A stretch of 64,000 nt of DNA from Bacteroidaceae bacterium. GTDB taxonomy: Bacteria > Bacillota > Clostridia > Oscillospirales > Acutalibacteraceae. The stretch is from NCBI GenBank assembly GCA_963620305.1, contig CAVFAD010000002.1:2086-66085 (forward strand). Reading direction: 5' to 3'. A program made the position numbers and the translations under genes. The notes beneath the pieces were generated by a model. That model saw only the letters and a program-made list of their open reading frames with translations. It had not been told where the DNA came from and did not search any database. Positions 61,827-64,000 of this stretch are shown here, one piece after another (position 1 is the stretch's first letter; each line of letters starts with the position of its first letter).

Positions 61827-63016
61827 ATTATTTTGACGACAGCGTCCGTCATTATCCCGAGTGTTTTGACCGGGATGTATTCGCGAACACCGTGGAAATT
61901 CATGCCGCCCGTCGGGAGATTGGGGCAGGGAAGTCCCTGCCACGACAGTAATGCACCGTCCGTGCCGCCTCTTATCGGCAGACACACAGGCTCGACACCG
62001 CATTCACGCAGCGCAGTTTCGGCGCGTTCTATGAGGTGCATGTGCGGCAGTATCTTTTCTTTCATGTTATAGTAGCTGTCGGTCAGCGTGAGCGATACTG
62101 TATCGTTTCCGTATTTGCCGTTGAATTTGTCGACAAGTTCCGTTATAAATGATTTCTTTGCGGCAAATTTTTCTGCGTCGTGGTCGCGGATTAAAAGTTG
62201 CAGATGCGCGGCGGTCATCGACGCGTTTATGTCGCAGACGTGATAGAAACCCTCGCGGCATTCCGTATTTTCGGGACGTTCGTTTTCGGGCAGGCTCATG
62301 ACAAATTCACTCGCAATGAGAGCGGCGTTTTTCATAACGCCTTTTGCCGAGCCGGGGTGAACTCCGACGCCTTTGATGTCGATAACCGCGCTTGCCGCGT
62401 TGAAATTTTCGTATTCTATTTCGTTAATGCGTCCGCCGTCGACGGTGTAGGCATAGTCGCAGCCGAGTGTTTTTACGTCAAGTCCCTCTGCGCCGCGTCC
62501 CACTTCTTCGTCCGTTGTAAAAATCGCCCTTATTTCGGTGTGATCGCAGTCGGATGCGATAAGCTTGTCGAGTGCGGTCATTATCTCCGCTATGCCCGCC
62601 TTGTCGTCTGCTCCGAGAAGTGTCGTTCCGTCCGTTACGACAAGCTCCTCTCCGATGTATTCTTCTATGCCGGGGCACAGCTCCGGTGTCAGCGACACGC
62701 TGTCGCTGAGCTTTAATTCGCCGCCGTTATACACCGCTATGCGCGGACGCACGTTTTCGCCGGGTGCGTCGGGCGCGGTGTCCATGTGCGCGATAAGTCC
62801 GAGCACGGGCGCGTTTTCGAGCCCTTTTGCGGGGAGAGTTGCGATAACGTTGCCGCAGCCGTCGGTGTGTACATCCTTGAGTCCGAGCGCGGTAAGCTCG
62901 TCCGAGAGATATTTTCCGAGTGCGTTCTGACGCTCCGTCGAAGGGGAAGTGTCGGAATTTTCGTCGGAGGTGGTATAAAAGCACACGTATTTCAAAAATC
63001 TGTCAAGTGCGTTCAT
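61811..63016 (-). CDS. pepT: Peptidase T (tripeptide aminopeptidase, M20B)
   Basis: AAAGGA RBS before MNALDRFLKYV. Motifs IAHMDTAPD, GADDKAGIAEIM and TTDEEVGRG. Confidence 0.9.
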   Translation of the reverse strand: MNALDRFLKYVCFYTTSDENSDTSPSTERQNALGKYLSDELTALGLKDVHTDGCGNVIATLPAKGLENAPVLGLIAHMDTAPDAPGENVRPRIAVYNGGELKLSDSVSLTPELCPGIEEYIGEELVVTDGTTLLGADDKAGIAEIMTALDKLIASDCDHTEIRAIFTTDEEVGRGAEGLDVKTLGCDYAYTVDGGRINEIEYENFNAASAVIDIKGVGVHPGSAKGVMKNAALIASEFVMSLPENERPENTECREGFYHVCDINASMTAAHLQLLIRDHDAEKFAAKKSFITELVDKFNGKYGNDTVSLTLTDSYYNMKEKILPHMHLIERAETALRECGVEPVCLPIRGGTDGALLSWQGLPCPNLPTGGMNFHGVREYIPVKTLGIMTDAVVKIIKSFC

Positions 63017-63109
63017 TTCTGTTTTTCCTTTTGCCTTAAATTCACAGCGCGCGAAACGGCGCATTTGTACGGAGGTCACCCTGTGCCGCAGCATTCCTAC
63101 GCGAATCGG

Positions 63110-64000
63110 TTATTTCTTCGGAATGGTTTCCGTTTGGAGTTTTTCTCCGCAGACGGTGCACTTTTTGTAACGGGAACCTTCTTTAGTGCTTGTTGCGGCA
63201 TACTCGATTATCCAGCCGGAGGGCGTGTGTCCGCGAGTCGGAATTGTTTCGCGTGATTTTTCGTCCTCATAGCCGCAGGCGGCGCATTTTTGTATTCTTT
63301 CGCCGTCCTCGGTGCAGGTCGCTTCTTTTACGGTCACGTATCGGAAGTCATGGTACCCGACAGGATTTATGACGATATTTTTCGCCGCATCGCAGTTTTT
63401 GCAGATGAGCGTCGAATTTATCTTTTCCAGACACGATACCGTTACACCCGTCCATTCGTGTTCTACGGTCGGCACAACGGCGGTTTCAATGAGCAAGTCG
63501 CAGAATTTGCAGCGGTATTCGTATGCGCCTTGTTCGGTGCAGGTCGCTTTCTTGATGAGTTTGCGGACTCCCGCCACGTGACCGGGATTCGGCAGTACGG
63601 TGTATCCGTATATTTTTCCGCAGTGTGCACACAGGAATGCTCCCTTGCCGTTTTGGTAGCAGGTTGCCTGTGTCAGTGTGACGACTTCCTTTTTTGAATG
63701 TGTTGCGCGGGAGTCGAGTCCCACGGCAATGCGCAGAGAATCGCGTGCGTCGTCAACGCCTATCGTACCGTCGGCATTGACATCGTACGCACCGAAGTCA
63801 CCGTCGTCAATGTCGGTCAGTCCGACTGCCGCGCGCAGGATGTTTCTTGCGTCGGCTACGGTAACATAGCCGTCGCCGTCGGTGTCGGCGCAGCTGCTGC
63901 AATAAGTGCTGTCCGCAGCCACATCGTAATTGACGGTTGCCTGTGCAGCTTCGACTGTGCAGACCGCCGAAACGGCGAGAAGAAGCGACAGTGATGCAGC
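63110..64000 (-). CDS. Secreted dockerin protein with four Cys-rich (zinc-ribbon-like) repeats; N-terminus beyond the window
   Basis: The frame stays open to the window edge (..AASLSLLLAVSAVCTVEAAQA signal-like). Dockerin segments DTDGDGYVTVADARNILRAAVGL and DVNADGTIGVDDARDSLRIAVGL. Repeats of the ATCTE.G....C..CG type. Confidence 0.8.
   Translation of the reverse strand, partial: AASLSLLLAVSAVCTVEAAQATVNYDVAADSTYCSSCADTDGDGYVTVADARNILRAAVGLTDIDDGDFGAYDVNADGTIGVDDARDSLRIAVGLDSRATHSKKEVVTLTQATCYQNGKGAFLCAHCGKIYGYTVLPNPGHVAGVRKLIKKATCTEQGAYEYRCKFCDLLIETAVVPTVEHEWTGVTVSCLEKINSTLICKNCDAAKNIVINPVGYHDFRYVTVKEATCTEDGERIQKCAACGYEDEKSRETIPTRGHTPSGWIIEYAATSTKEGSRYKKCTVCGEKLQTETIPKK

Overview
This window looks like chromosomal DNA from a high-GC Firmicute of the class Clostridia. 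The dockerin sequence style (D-x-D-G-D-G-x-V-T-V-A-D-A-R-x-I-L-R-x-A-V-G-L) suggests a Ruminococcaceae/Oscillospiraceae-like organism, but that is inference only. All product calls come from motif recognition by eye; no database search was possible.

Layout:
1. 1 to about 10.2 kb: the right (late) arm of a prophage or phage-like element, all on the + strand. It runs portal C-terminus, Prp-type protease, scaffold, major capsid, a 0.5-kb non-coding island, small head/neck ORFs, three large tail ORFs, amidase endolysin, holin. There are no tape-measure or tail-tube genes, so it is podovirus-like. An AT-richer cargo gene follows at 10.6-11.3 kb.
2. 11.6-33.5 kb: ordinary chromosomal genes. These are MATE efflux, YbaK-like deacylase, Rrf2 regulator, metallophosphoesterase, rlmB, a 1195-aa degenerate P-type-ATPase-like membrane protein, esterase lipoprotein, a two-gene flavin/2Fe-2S redox operon, a ceramidase-like exoprotein, two radical-SAM proteins, an orphan peptide-type SBP and ymdB.
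3. 34.1-45.7 kb: a cell-surface island. It holds a 2229-aa secreted protein built of about 18 Listeria-Bacteroides-type repeats plus 2 Big_2 domains, followed by two tandem paralogous ~750-aa three-TM proteins of unknown family. I think this is the best candidate for an undescribed system.
4. 46-56 kb: cysK (with a long leader), nadA, mnmA, small membrane proteins, esterase, GPH symporter, M23 peptidase, EamA.
5. 56.5-64 kb: a small G/S/T/I/V-rich protein, an AI-2E transporter with a Cys/Asp tail, the origin-type cluster rpmH-rnpA-yidD-yidC-jag (without dnaA or mnmE/mnmG next to it), pepT, and a dockerin protein with Cys-rich repeats that runs off the window end.

No rRNA genes, no convincing tRNA genes, no CRISPR array, and no transposase or integrase were seen.
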